Positions 9,326 to 17,420 of a stretch of 32,150 nt of DNA are shown piece after piece. Position 1 is the first letter of the stretch. Each line of letters starts with the position of its first letter. A program made the position numbers and the translations under genes. The stretch lies in IMG/VR virus record IMGVR_UViG_3300020044_008460, positions 1 through 32,150 of that record. One strand, 5' to 3'. Source of the stretch: a virus (lineage: Duplodnaviria; Caudoviricetes). A model generated the notes under the pieces. That model was not told the DNA's origin. It ran no database searches and saw only the letters and a program-made list of their open reading frames with translations.

Positions 9326-10396
9326 TTAGAAGCCGAGGAGGAGGGAGAGGAGTTGGCGTTGGACGTTCTGCTGAGAGAGGGAGTTTTGGTTTCCAGAACC
9401 CTGCGCGTAGAGGACGCCCGAATCAGGCCCATTATCCGTCCACTGACCGGTATTCATGTTATAAAACGCTGTCGGACTGGAGGGGCCGTTTGCCAGGATC
9501 TGCTGCATTTCAGGGCTGAAAGATCCGGTTCTTCCCGTTAGCGGGTTCATTCCTGGATTAGCCGCCTGGGTTGAGCCATTAGGGGGCGAAGTTTGCGATT
9601 GCCCCGGAGGCGTAAGCGGGTTCATCTGATTTCCGCCGCGCGGCAGATTCGGATAATAACCAGAGTTCGCGTAAGGCTGGCGATTCTGCTGCCGGTTCTG
9701 TCCGCCCAGACCGAGTAACATCAACAACTGCATTAACGGGTTCTGCTGATTCCCCTGACCACCCGGCTGCTGACCCTGCGCCCCGGGCATTAACGGGGAG
9801 TAAACTGCCCCGGGCTGAGGCCCGGTTACTTGAGGTTCAGAGCCAGGACCGCCGTGGAAGGAGTTCTTCGTCGGGTCGCCGGTCATGAAGATGGCCCCCG
9901 CGTTTGGATTGGTGACCGCGGGGCCTGCGTTTTTCTCGGCATCCGTCATGGCGTTGGCGGTAGCCGCGTCGTATTTGGAATAGCGGTCGGCAAGGAGGCC
10001 CGCGTTTAACTGATTACCGTTGCCGAAGTCAATCTGGTTCTGCCCGAAGTCACCGAAAGGGCCAAGGGTTTTCGTTCGGCTAACGGTGCCGCCGAGACCT
10101 TGCGCGAGTTCATTAGCCGTGCCGTCGGAAGCGTACTGAAGCGGGTTGTACCCGCCGGGAGCGTTATATGACGGCTTCCAACCGGGGTTTCCGAAGGAGG
10201 ATTGATTCTGCGCGGGGGGAGGGGCTGTTGGAGGAGGGGCCGCGGGCGCGGGCGCGGGAGCCGGGTGCCCTTCAGAGAAGTTACCCGCGGGTTTGAAGGA
10301 TGCGGGTTGCGGGAACTCCCCTGCCGTCGAGCCACCGCCGTTAGAACCTTGCCAGCCGTCGAGAGAACCTTGCCAGGGGGTTGTGATCTGTCCCAT
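9326..10396 (-). CDS. G/P/Q/N-rich low-complexity protein, probable virion component
   Basis: 356 aa ORF abutting the nozzle gene. Mostly low complexity with one apparently globular segment (YNPLQYAS...LNAGLLA). Confidence 0.6.
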   Translation of the reverse strand: MGQITTPWQGSLDGWQGSNGGGSTAGEFPQPASFKPAGNFSEGHPAPAPAPAAPPPTAPPPAQNQSSFGNPGWKPSYNAPGGYNPLQYASDGTANELAQGLGGTVSRTKTLGPFGDFGQNQIDFGNGNQLNAGLLADRYSKYDAATANAMTDAEKNAGPAVTNPNAGAIFMTGDPTKNSFHGGPGSEPQVTGPQPGAVYSPLMPGAQGQQPGGQGNQQNPLMQLLMLLGLGGQNRQQNRQPYANSGYYPNLPRGGNQMNPLTPPGQSQTSPPNGSTQAANPGMNPLTGRTGSFSPEMQQILANGPSSPTAFYNMNTGQWTDNGPDSGVLYAQGSGNQNSLSQQNVQRQLLSLLLGF

Positions 10397-10401
10397 TTGA
10401 G

Positions 10402-10899
10402 TTAGCCTTTCGGAAATTCAGCGTCGAGGGCGTTTAGCGCGGTCGGAGCGCCGTGTTTGATTAGCGCGACGGCGAAGAGTCCGGGGTTGAAGGAGAGATT
10501 CCGACCGTCTCGCTTGGTCACCTCAACCGACCACTGCTTAACGGTGTCCGAGAAGAAGAGGGTCTTAACCTCGTACTTATGCGCGTACCAGAAGTTCGGG
10601 AGGGACTTAACCACTTCCAAAACCCAATCGACGGTATCTTCCGAGGGAAACTGAACCGGGTTACCCGGGGGTAGTTGAAGCAACTGCTGGCTAAACGGCT
10701 GTTCGAAAGTGAAGTCCGAGATAGGAACATCCGTCTCCGGGTCGACGAACTTCTTCAACTCCGGCGCGTACCAGAGGCCGTTGTACTCGACCTTCACCAG
10801 CGGCGTTTTAGCCGCGGCCTTTTCCTTCGGCTTTACAACCTCCGGCTTTACCGTTTCCACCGCAGGCTTCGTCACATCTTCCGGTTTCACAACAAACAT
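10402..10899 (-). CDS. hypothetical protein (shares a domain with 9326-10396)
   Basis: ORF 10402-10917 of the track. The ATG at 10899 is preferred because AGGAG lies 9 nt upstream. It has a Lys/Val/Pro-rich N-terminus. Confidence 0.6.
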   Translation of the reverse strand: MFVVKPEDVTKPAVETVKPEVVKPKEKAAAKTPLVKVEYNGLWYAPELKKFVDPETDVPISDFTFEQPFSQQLLQLPPGNPVQFPSEDTVDWVLEVVKSLPNFWYAHKYEVKTLFFSDTVKQWSVEVTKRDGRNLSFNPGLFAVALIKHGAPTALNALDAEFPKG

Positions 10900-11038
10900 T
10901 CGTGTTAACTCCTGCACCTATTTTAACTGGTGTTGGAACGCGGTAATAAACCGGGAGGGTTCGGCGTTTAAACGTGTCGACGGAAGCGAAGCCGCGGTTC
11001 GTTTTCTGCGCGACAAACTCCTCCCAGGTCATATCCAC
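10808..11038 (-). CDS. small hypothetical protein with Cys/Gly-rich tail
   Basis: Its ATG overlaps the end of the upstream adaptor gene and it fills an otherwise empty gap. However, it overlaps the next gene by about 90 nt. Confidence 0.35.
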   Translation of the reverse strand: MDMTWEEFVAQKTNRGFASVDTFKRRTLPVYYRVPTPVKIGAGVNTNVCCETGRCDEACGGNGKAGGCKAEGKGRG

Positions 11039-11739
11039 GGGAAGACGCCGGGGATTAGAGTGTTGGAGAAGCCGGGGACGAGGGAGGATTCCGGAGCGAT
11101 GTTCGGATCGCCCATTTCGAAGCCTTCTGCCGCCGCCATGTCGTTGATCGAGCGGATGGCTAGGACTTCCCGGTCGGCGACGTCCTTAGAGCCCTGCGCG
11201 ACCCCCGCGGCCCATCGCATGACAGTTACCATGGTGGAGAGGTGCCGGTCGTCGTAGGGGAGGAGTTGGGTGCCGAAGATTTGGCTCGTAACCTTAGTCG
11301 GGTTCTTTTTATACTCCCCGGTGATAATCCACTCGTGCCCGGAGGTGTTATCCGGCGCGGGCCGGTCGAGTTTAAACGCCTGGGTAGCCCCGTCGTAGGA
11401 AATGTACGTCGGGTAGTTTCGGATATGGGTTTCGCGAAGATCCCGGCGGGTGTGGAGTTCGAAGCGTTGGGGAGGCAGGGTGACCGGTCGGACGAGAAAG
11501 GCTTGGTTGAAACCCTGGAAGTCGGTTGGAACGGCTACTTCAGGAGCGCCGTAGTATTGCTGTTGAGGAACGAGACCGAAGGCGGGGAGGATGGCGAGAG
11601 ACTGCCGCCAGTTGTACGAGTTCCAAATCTTCTCGTTCATCATGTTACAGATCGCGGTCGCTTTGTTGTCCTCCTCGGACATACCGAGAGAACCGCGGAT
11701 CATGTTGAAGATGTCGATGTAGCGGTAGGTGATTGCCAT
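11029..11739 (-). CDS. head-tail adaptor / tail tubular protein A-like
   Basis: 236 aa with the pattern N..(N/E)KIW..YNWR...QQYY...PTDF typical of podovirus adaptor proteins. It lies upstream of the nozzle. Confidence 0.6.
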   Translation of the reverse strand: MAITYRYIDIFNMIRGSLGMSEEDNKATAICNMMNEKIWNSYNWRQSLAILPAFGLVPQQQYYGAPEVAVPTDFQGFNQAFLVRPVTLPPQRFELHTRRDLRETHIRNYPTYISYDGATQAFKLDRPAPDNTSGHEWIITGEYKKNPTKVTSQIFGTQLLPYDDRHLSTMVTVMRWAAGVAQGSKDVADREVLAIRSINDMAAAEGFEMGDPNIAPESSLVPGFSNTLIPGVFPWI

Positions 11740-12440
11740 TACTTACCTTTCTTCGAAGTATCAACTGGCGGAGACGGTTGGACTAGCATGGGTTCAGTTT
11801 CCCTCATATGCTGGATGTTGGCTTCGAAAACGCCGCGTTGACCGGTGTAAACAGGTTGCCCGCCGCCGGAAAATTGAACGCCGCCTGCACGACCGTCGTC
11901 GGCGAAGAGATACGCTTGGTAGAGGACCGCGGAGACGTAGACATGAAACCACTCGTCGTCGAATATCTGAACGCCCGCGTCGTGGGAGTTTTCCGCGGTG
12001 ATCGTCGGGCAGACTTTCTTATACAGCGTTATTAACTGTGTGCCGGAGGTGACGGTCCCCGAAGGCTTCGGCGACACCCGAATCGTATTCGCCGCCGGGT
12101 GGGTGATCTGAGTCGGTAACCCCGAAACCCGCTTAACGGAAGAATGAATATGAGCCACGGCGTCAACGTCGCGGCCCACGTCATCGGCCCCGGCGGAGAT
12201 ATATGCAGTGCCCGGGACTAGGACTAAGAAGTCCGCGGGGTCCACGGTCACATAATCCGTCCGGGAAGCCTCTAAGGTCACTACCGGATAATTACCCAAC
12301 GTCCAACGCCACGGAGCCGCCATCCAGAACATCTTCATCGCGTTGTCGAGGATAAGCGGGCCAGCTTCTTCCAGGGGCATCAGTTTAATAAACGCCTTGG
12401 AGAAGTTGAATGCGTCGATTGGACGGTAGGTAGAGGCCAT
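11739..12440 (-). CDS. head-tail adaptor / tail tubular protein A-like (paralog)
   Basis: 233 aa: ILDNAMKMFWMAAPWRW...DYVT.DPADF...IRVSPKP. It aligns by eye with the next gene. Confidence 0.6.
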   Translation of the reverse strand: MASTYRPIDAFNFSKAFIKLMPLEEAGPLILDNAMKMFWMAAPWRWTLGNYPVVTLEASRTDYVTVDPADFLVLVPGTAYISAGADDVGRDVDAVAHIHSSVKRVSGLPTQITHPAANTIRVSPKPSGTVTSGTQLITLYKKVCPTITAENSHDAGVQIFDDEWFHVYVSAVLYQAYLFADDGRAGGVQFSGGGQPVYTGQRGVFEANIQHMRETEPMLVQPSPPVDTSKKGK

Positions 12441-12442
12441 TT

Positions 12443-12883
12443 TTAAAAGTCCGGACCACCAACAGTAGACGGGTCAGGTCGCAGGTGCATCGGAAGGCCC
12501 CCGGTAGCCGGGTCGTTTCCAGTGAACTCTTTCTGACAAGCCTGACAAAGCCAGTGGTAGGTACGGTGCGAATCGCGCTGGCCGACGACCGCGGTCTTCC
12601 CGTTCTCTTTCAGGTGGAAACACGCAGCCTGAGCCGCGGCTCGCTGGGCTTTACCCTTCTCTAACTGCTGGACGGTGGAGAGTCGTAACGACTGCCCCTC
12701 CGCCTTCTTCTGAGCCTGAACCGCCAGGGCTTCTTCCTGAAGCGCCAACTGCTGCTCCAACTGTTGAATCTGAAGAAGTTCGCGCCGCTTCTGGAGATCG
12801 GCGAGTTCCGGATCATAAGACCCGTTGTTAGGAGGACGAACTGGAGGAGCCGCGGTGATGTTGATTTGATTTTTGTCCGACAT
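12443..12883 (-). CDS. coiled-coil protein with putative Zn-binding C-terminus
   Basis: Q/L/E-rich heptad region followed by CFH...H...CQAC. Confidence 0.6.
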   Translation of the reverse strand: MSDKNQINITAAPPVRPPNNGSYDPELADLQKRRELLQIQQLEQQLALQEEALAVQAQKKAEGQSLRLSTVQQLEKGKAQRAAAQAACFHLKENGKTAVVGQRDSHRTYHWLCQACQKEFTGNDPATGGLPMHLRPDPSTVGGPDF

Positions 12884-12887
12884 ACGC

Positions 12888-13337
12888 CTATTCTACCTTG
12901 AAGATGAAACCAGTAGCCGCTTCCAAATCGTCCCACTTGCCCGACCAGGGGACGGTGGCTCCCATGCGCGAATACGCCCAGCGAGCGGGTTTCGAACGCG
13001 CGTCGATGTGGATGTAGTTCTGCCAGGGGTTTACTCCCAGGCCTTTTAACTCCGGGTGTTGGAGGATGGCGTTGAAGAGAGCTTTTAGCGAAAGGCTCGG
13101 GCAGTGGATGTCGGCGGCGATTCCGTAGGTGTGGGCGGAGAATGACCCCGGGGGTTTGGATCGCTCAACCGGGTGAGCCGCGCATCGGAAGCCGGAGTTG
13201 ATTATCAAAGGCCGGGAGATTTCGTCTCTTAGCTTTTGCACTAACCGGACGAATGACATTTCTGCCCGACAAACCCCGCAGTGCTTACAGGAGAATTCGT
13301 CGACCGAGAAGTTAGGAGTCAGCATTTTCTTCGTCAC
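12888..13337 (-). CDS. peptidase M15 family endolysin (Zn D-Ala-D-Ala peptidase fold)
   Basis: Canonical M15A motifs: NFSVDEFSCKHCG, INSGFRC, SAHTYGIAADI and YIHIDAR. Confidence 0.9.
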   Translation of the reverse strand: MTKKMLTPNFSVDEFSCKHCGVCRAEMSFVRLVQKLRDEISRPLIINSGFRCAAHPVERSKPPGSFSAHTYGIAADIHCPSLSLKALFNAILQHPELKGLGVNPWQNYIHIDARSKPARWAYSRMGATVPWSGKWDDLEAATGFIFKVE

Positions 13338-13996
13338 GCCGGGGTCCCTTCGATGTCTGTTCTCCGACCGGTATGAACCGCCCAGCCGCGAGAGCCGCCG
13401 CAGCCGAAGGTCTTTTCGACTTGGTCCAGGTCAAGCTCGCCGGATTCGAGGAGATATAGAAGAACCGTTCGATAGCCGCGTTTAACTTCCGACCAGGGGA
13501 TATCGACCGCTTCTTCGTGAGGCCGGAGACCGTCGAATTTAAACTCGCCAGCCTCCTCATCCCAATGCGCTTTTGGAAAATCGGCTCTTTCCAAATGATG
13601 ATGAAGATGCCCGCCCTTCGTCGTCAACGTGTTATCCGAGTTCTGCACCACCTCGGTCTTCCGCGATCTCAACGAATACTCCGGCATCCAACCGCTTTCG
13701 TAAACGCAAATCGGCTCTGCCACACCGCGCCGCTCGACAAAAACCACCCGCTTATCCGGTTTCAGAGGTAACGTGCGAAAACGAAGCCGTGCGTTTAAAC
13801 GCGCGACCTTCTTCTCGAACTCCTCCGTATTCATCCCGGTGGCTAGGCGAGCTTGCGAAGTCGGGTCATCGGCTGTGTCGATCCACACGGATTGGGCGAG
13901 AGTCGCTTCCTTGTGTTTCTCCAGCCGCTCGAAATACGCCGAAATTAAGGCTTCTTCAGCTAACGCTGCTAGTTTTTGCTCATCGCGGATTATCAT
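13334..13996 (-). CDS. hypothetical phage protein
   Basis: 220 aa ORF overlapping both neighbours. No family recognised. Confidence 0.6.
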   Translation of the reverse strand: MIIRDEQKLAALAEEALISAYFERLEKHKEATLAQSVWIDTADDPTSQARLATGMNTEEFEKKVARLNARLRFRTLPLKPDKRVVFVERRGVAEPICVYESGWMPEYSLRSRKTEVVQNSDNTLTTKGGHLHHHLERADFPKAHWDEEAGEFKFDGLRPHEEAVDIPWSEVKRGYRTVLLYLLESGELDLDQVEKTFGCGGSRGWAVHTGRRTDIEGTPA

Positions 13997-14702
13997 GGGT
14001 TTCTTTAATTTCCAGTGTTTGTTGGGCTTTTCGACGTTCCCAGTATTGTTTCATCTTACGGGATCGATCCTGTCGCCACTCGACTGACCTTATTCTCCCA
14101 CGCTCTGCATTACCTAGAGCCATCCTATGTTCTTCAGAAGCCCATCGTCGAGTTTTTGCCGATTTGGCGATATTCGCACAGGCTGTTTTCGATTTACTAA
14201 CACCTCTTAGCGCGGTCGCAATTTTATCTCTTGTCTCTTGCGGAACTGTCTTTCCTTTCCAATAGCCCGGTTTACTGTTTCGTTTCCGTGAATCCATTCG
14301 ATTTTTAATATGTTCCGGTGTTTGAGGTCCGGGAGATTTTCGCGGATGGGGTTTTCCCAATTGCCGATTGCGGGCGGCAAGACGCATTTCATCGGTCCAT
14401 ACAGTTCGTATTCCGCCCGCAGTCATGTTGTATCCAACTTCACGATTTGTGCTGTTAGTTGCCGCAATATGGAATATTTCACGTTCGTCCAATTGAGCAT
14501 CCGGTACTTCTTCAATTACCGCGATTGTGAAGTTTTCGCTTCCGTTTTTATGCAAGGCTCTTGTGATAAGAGGAGTTTTTACATTTAGCGGTTTTGTTGA
14601 TAGTAGGATATGATCACGCCAACGATACTTCAGTTTGCGGGTTGTCTGGCCTATGTAAATTTTCCCGTTCAGGATGTTGGTGATCTGGTAGATTAATCCC
14701 AT
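13980..14702 (-). CDS. GIY-YIG homing endonuclease with NUMOD3-like DNA-binding repeats
   Basis: GLIYQITN...KIYIGQT, conserved R and E residues, and GYNMTAGG. The basic C-terminus has KGKTVPQETRDKIA-type motifs. It is visibly more AT-rich than its flanks. Confidence 0.92.
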   Translation of the reverse strand: MGLIYQITNILNGKIYIGQTTRKLKYRWRDHILLSTKPLNVKTPLITRALHKNGSENFTIAVIEEVPDAQLDEREIFHIAATNSTNREVGYNMTAGGIRTVWTDEMRLAARNRQLGKPHPRKSPGPQTPEHIKNRMDSRKRNSKPGYWKGKTVPQETRDKIATALRGVSKSKTACANIAKSAKTRRWASEEHRMALGNAERGRIRSVEWRQDRSRKMKQYWERRKAQQTLEIKETHDNPR

Positions 14703-14729
14703 CCCCCAAGTCTATCATAGCCTCTTCCG

Positions 14730-14966
14730 CTATTTCCCTTTCGTCAAGGTGCCGTTTAGCTCCGCTACAACTAAGCGTAACTGCGTAAGCTCCTTTGTCA
14801 GATCCTGAATCGCGGCGTCATGGCGAAGCACGATCACCTGCAATTCCGAAACCTGCTGTGATTTAACCCCATATCCAAAAGCTAGAGACCCGCAGAGTGA
14901 CAGTGCGGCAACAACTCCTGCGAGAAACTCTCGGGGTGTTATTTGAATCTCGTCGGCGAATGACAA
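14730..14966 (-). CDS. holin-like membrane protein (putative)
   Basis: 78 aa with one TM segment (FLAGVVAALSLCGSLAFGYGV) and a C-terminal coiled coil. It has an AAGGAG SD and lies near the endolysin. Confidence 0.5.
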   Translation of the reverse strand: MSFADEIQITPREFLAGVVAALSLCGSLAFGYGVKSQQVSELQVIVLRHDAAIQDLTKELTQLRLVVAELNGTLTKGK

Positions 14967-15005
14967 TTTACATAGGCTCCTTTTGTTGTTTATTGTACTA
15001 GGTAC

Positions 15006-17420
15006 TTAATTGGTTATGAAAAATGAAAAACAAGCCGGATTTGCCGCCGGAGCCCCAGCCACAGTGATAGTGAATGAAGTCGCCGCGGTCCGAGCCGTTA
15101 CATAAGGCGCGGCGTAGGTCGTATTGCACGTCACCCCTAGTTTCGTCCCCAGGGAAGAGTCGAAGAGAACGAGAATCTGCGAAGACGCCGTAACCGCGGT
15201 TGTGTTAACGACCACCGCCGTAGCCCCCGCGGAGATGATAACCGAACCCGCAGCCGCCGCCGCACAATCCGCCGGGGTAGCCGTGCCGTCGGAGCAGTTA
15301 GCCGCGGTTCCAAAAGTGCCCGCCTGCACAAGCCCTTTGAAGTATCCATTTAAGGGCCTATTCGCCCCGCCAGCGCCGATACTCGGGCCTCCGTCTGTCG
15401 CCGTATACAAAGAGCCGTCCGTCTGCATCGTCCAGTGCGTCGTATTATTCGTCTTAAAGCCCAGACCAAAAGCATCATTGGTCCCGATAATACCCGTTGT
15501 GCCGAAAGCATTACCGCCGAAGACAAACTGAGACCCGGGGTTATTCGCGTTACGGCAGATTTTTGTCGCTTGGACGAAGGTTACAAAGGCCCCGGTGCCA
15601 CTCCCGACGCAGGCGTTCGTCGTCGGAGCAGCTTTACAATCTGTGCAAAACATTGTCGAGCCTGCCGAGGCGGTCATAGCGGTTACCTGAGCAAATGTCA
15701 TCGGGGATATTTCCTGCACAATTGCCGTGGAAGCCGCGCTTAGAGTACAGTTCGTCGTGTTGGTCAAATCCGTGCAGTTGTTTGCGTATGACTTAACCCC
15801 AACCATGGAGGCTCCGATGTCGATACCTGTGAGGTTGTTTACGACTTGGTTATTTGCCACCGTGATGTAGTTACCGGCGGTTAATGAAATCGCTTTAGTC
15901 GTTCCGACGACGGAGGTTTGTAGGTTATTCGCCTGAACAGAGCCGAAATACCAACCGACGCCCTCGATAGAAATTCCGATATGCCCGGTTTGTGCCGGGT
16001 TCGAGAAGAAGTTATTCGTAATCTGGAAGTTGTAAAACGGGATGTCACCGACGGCTCGGATTCCGTAGGTTGTGTTAACCCCGGCGTCCATGGTGTTGTT
16101 GACAATTTGCATCTGCCCCGTATTACCGACGTAGTACCGGCAGTTGTTACAAACCGGCTGCGGCGTGGTGAGAACGAGGTTTTCTGAATCTGTCACGGAG
16201 GCGATTGGTGAAGAGACAGTGGAAGAGGCGACCATGGAGTACCCCCCGGACCAGATTGAGCGGAACTTGTTACCCGAAACCCAGGTAACCGCGGTTCCGT
16301 TGACGTTCACCCGGCCCATGGTTTCTTCTAAGTGGATTTGCTCGACGTAGCCGTTGAAGGAGTTACCCTGGACTTTCAAATTTCCCGGGCCGTTCCAGAG
16401 AATACCGTAGGGGCACGCGACGGAGTCGGAGAAGGTGTTGCCGCTGATTAGGCCAATTCCGGCATCACCCGTCTGAACCTGCTCCAGCCACAAAGCCACG
16501 GCGGTTGCGTCTACCACCTTCGTCCGGGTTAGCGAAATCGCATAAGCTGTCCCTAGGTGGATACCGTAGGCGAAACCCGTGATGGAGACGTCGTCGATAG
16601 TCGTGCCGAAGCTGTCTCCCGTGGGGTTGTATGTGTAGATCCCCGTAGTCCCGGTTTTCGAATAAGCGTTGGACAAAGCGCAACCGGAGATTCGAATACC
16701 ACCCGGGGACGCCGCGCTGAAAATCGCCACATTGTTCGCCTGGGCGTAGAAGACCGCGCCGGGGCCGTCGCAGTTGATGGATACGAAGCGCCCGCCGGTC
16801 AGAATCGAGGAGTAGACGTTGTAGCTGCCGGTTTTAGCCCTTACCGAAACAACCGAGCCATCCGCGACGGAGTTAATCGCTTCCTGCATACCGCTGGAGG
16901 CAGAAGAGGCCGTCGGGGTCGTGTAGGAGTTGAGGAAGATCGCTTGAACCGTACCCGTCGCCGCGCCGGTCGTGCAAGTGCCGATACCCGTGGGGAAAAC
17001 GACTTCGGACGAAACGCCGTCGTTTACGCGAAAAGCCCAGGTGGTGTCGGAGGCGTTTAGCGGGCAGGGGGTGAGGGTGATGGTTCGGGTGCCTGCGGTG
17101 AGGGAGGCGATGGTTTGCGACCAAGTGTAGTCGGAGGCAATGACGGCGGAAGCGCAGGTGCCGATGGAGGTGATGCCGGAGGTGGATACCTGCCAGCAGC
17201 CCGCGACGGTGGGGAGAGAGGAGGGGAGGGTGAGGCGGAAGGAGGAAGAGATGTTAGCCGGGGCCTGCCAGCCGACGTAGTTGGTTCCGTTTTGATACTT
17301 TTCACGAAAATCAATAACGCCCGTGGCAGAATCGTTCTGTTGTGGAACTATTGTGACTTTTGTGGAAGACTGGGCGAGGAGCGTACCGGCGGCGAGTACC
17401 GCGATTACAAATTTAAGCAT
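15006..17420 (-). CDS. tail fibre/tailspike-like protein with right-handed beta-helix and N-terminal signal-peptide-like sequence
   Basis: 804 aa. It carries the fibre-type motif FREKYQNGTNYVGWQAP, parallel beta-helix repeats (ISGNTF, VQGNSF, ITNNFF, VANNQV) and a C-terminal beta domain. Confidence 0.75.
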   Translation of the reverse strand: MLKFVIAVLAAGTLLAQSSTKVTIVPQQNDSATGVIDFREKYQNGTNYVGWQAPANISSSFRLTLPSSLPTVAGCWQVSTSGITSIGTCASAVIASDYTWSQTIASLTAGTRTITLTPCPLNASDTTWAFRVNDGVSSEVVFPTGIGTCTTGAATGTVQAIFLNSYTTPTASSASSGMQEAINSVADGSVVSVRAKTGSYNVYSSILTGGRFVSINCDGPGAVFYAQANNVAIFSAASPGGIRISGCALSNAYSKTGTTGIYTYNPTGDSFGTTIDDVSITGFAYGIHLGTAYAISLTRTKVVDATAVALWLEQVQTGDAGIGLISGNTFSDSVACPYGILWNGPGNLKVQGNSFNGYVEQIHLEETMGRVNVNGTAVTWVSGNKFRSIWSGGYSMVASSTVSSPIASVTDSENLVLTTPQPVCNNCRYYVGNTGQMQIVNNTMDAGVNTTYGIRAVGDIPFYNFQITNNFFSNPAQTGHIGISIEGVGWYFGSVQANNLQTSVVGTTKAISLTAGNYITVANNQVVNNLTGIDIGASMVGVKSYANNCTDLTNTTNCTLSAASTAIVQEISPMTFAQVTAMTASAGSTMFCTDCKAAPTTNACVGSGTGAFVTFVQATKICRNANNPGSQFVFGGNAFGTTGIIGTNDAFGLGFKTNNTTHWTMQTDGSLYTATDGGPSIGAGGANRPLNGYFKGLVQAGTFGTAANCSDGTATPADCAAAAAGSVIISAGATAVVVNTTAVTASSQILVLFDSSLGTKLGVTCNTTYAAPYVTARTAATSFTITVAGAPAANPACFSFFITN

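Noticed and set aside
13980-14730. Group I intron hosting the GIY-YIG gene
   Set aside because: The flanking genes look complete, the ORF overlaps or abuts its neighbours, and there is no room for a ribozyme core.
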